From assembly GCA_905181985.1 (NCBI GenBank), contig CAJIZW010000105.1:1-48914 (forward strand): a DNA stretch of 48,914 nucleotides, read 5' to 3'. The notes under the pieces are model-generated. The model was given only the letters and a program-made list of their open reading frames with translations, had not been told where the DNA came from and searched no databases. Made by a program: the position numbers and the translations under genes. Each line of letters begins with the position of its first letter. Within the stretch, counting starts at the first letter, position 1. Origin of the DNA: an uncultured Rhodobacteraceae bacterium. Lineage in GTDB: Bacteria; Pseudomonadota; Alphaproteobacteria; Rhodobacterales; Rhodobacteraceae. Shown in pieces: positions 48,588 to 48,914 of the stretch.

Positions 48588-48914
48588 TTATAGTTCTTCT
48601 AATTGACCTCCCAGATTTACCATCAAATCCTTAAAATTTGGAAATGAGGTAGTAACTGGAGAGTAATCATCTATTGTTATCGGATTTTTTGTTGCTAGCC
48701 CTAAACAAAGAAAGGACATGGCAATTCTATGATCTAAAAAAGTTGCACAGGTGGCACCTCCTGGAACCCCCAATGGGCCTTTCCCATAGATACTTAAAGA
48801 ATCATTCTCTTGCTCTACATTCACTCCTGAATCTGTCAACCCGCGCGCCATTGCATCAATCCTATCACTTTCTTTTACTCTCAACTCTTTCACTCCAAGC
48901 ATGGTAGTTTTACC
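48588..48914 (-). CDS. aroA: 3-phosphoshikimate 1-carboxyvinyltransferase, 3' fragment (continues beyond the window)
   Basis: [12 protein letters not shown] and [10 protein letters not shown] are conserved C-terminal EPSP synthase motifs. The frame stays open to the window edge. Confidence 0.85.
   Translation of the reverse strand, partial: GKTTMLGVKELRVKESDRIDAMARGLTDSGVNVEQENDSLSIYGKGPLGVPGGATCATFLDHRIAMSFLCLGLATKNPITIDDYSPVTTSFPNFKDLMVNLGGQLEEL

Overview
This 48.9-kb window is compact, AT-rich chromosomal DNA. Gene content and synteny indicate a free-living, probably marine and streamlined, alphaproteobacterium. Supporting synteny blocks are a split F0-only atpI-B-E-F'-F operon, ffh-chorismate mutase-rpsP-rimM-trmD-rplS, aroA-cmk-rpsA-ihfB-lapA-trpF-trpB, and a TSUP/TIGR02186 pair. 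Nearly all of the window is coding. Left to right it contains: two BMP-type ABC permeases, TSUP plus TIGR02186, a stand-alone SF1B helicase, deoD, a yadGH-like ABC-2 exporter, the F0 ATP synthase operon, ArsR, EamA, and the ffh/rpsP/rimM/trmD/rplS/rpmE block. Next come a GST, two SDRs, an AsnC-RAM protein, a GhrA-like dehydrogenase, a cytoplasmic GGT, GntR plus an RraA-like protein, and TRAP dctPQM. These are followed by an MFS transporter plus the kynurenine operon (kynU, alpha/beta-hydrolase formamidase, kynA), a divergent HupE/DUF4198 metal-uptake pair, and tRNA-Ser(GCU). The remainder is an EamA/CoA-transferase/crotonase/GATase/ychF string, trpA, an lldD-like gene, an orphan secreted protein, rplY-pth-DUF2237, trpB-trpF, lapA-ihfB, rpsA, cmk, and a partial aroA. 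I see no transposase, integrase, CRISPR array, restriction-modification, toxin-antitoxin or other recognisable defence system, so I do not claim a dramatic novel system. Five observations deserve a second look. (1) A ~4.7-kb segment (38.6-43.3 kb) looks inverted: reversing it restores both trpF-trpB-trpA and rplY-pth-ychF, and the junctions carry a 15-nt inverted repeat. (2) Two unannotated small ORFs in the unusually long rpsP-rimM spacer are chained by ATGA and TAATG overlaps into rimM. (3) The HupE/DUF4198 pair is divergent with start codons sharing a CATG. (4) The Trp-to-anthranilate operon uses a eukaryote-type formamidase. (5) There is an uncharacterised GntR/RraA/TRAP/GGT catabolic locus. 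All family assignments come from motif recognition by eye, and no database search was run.
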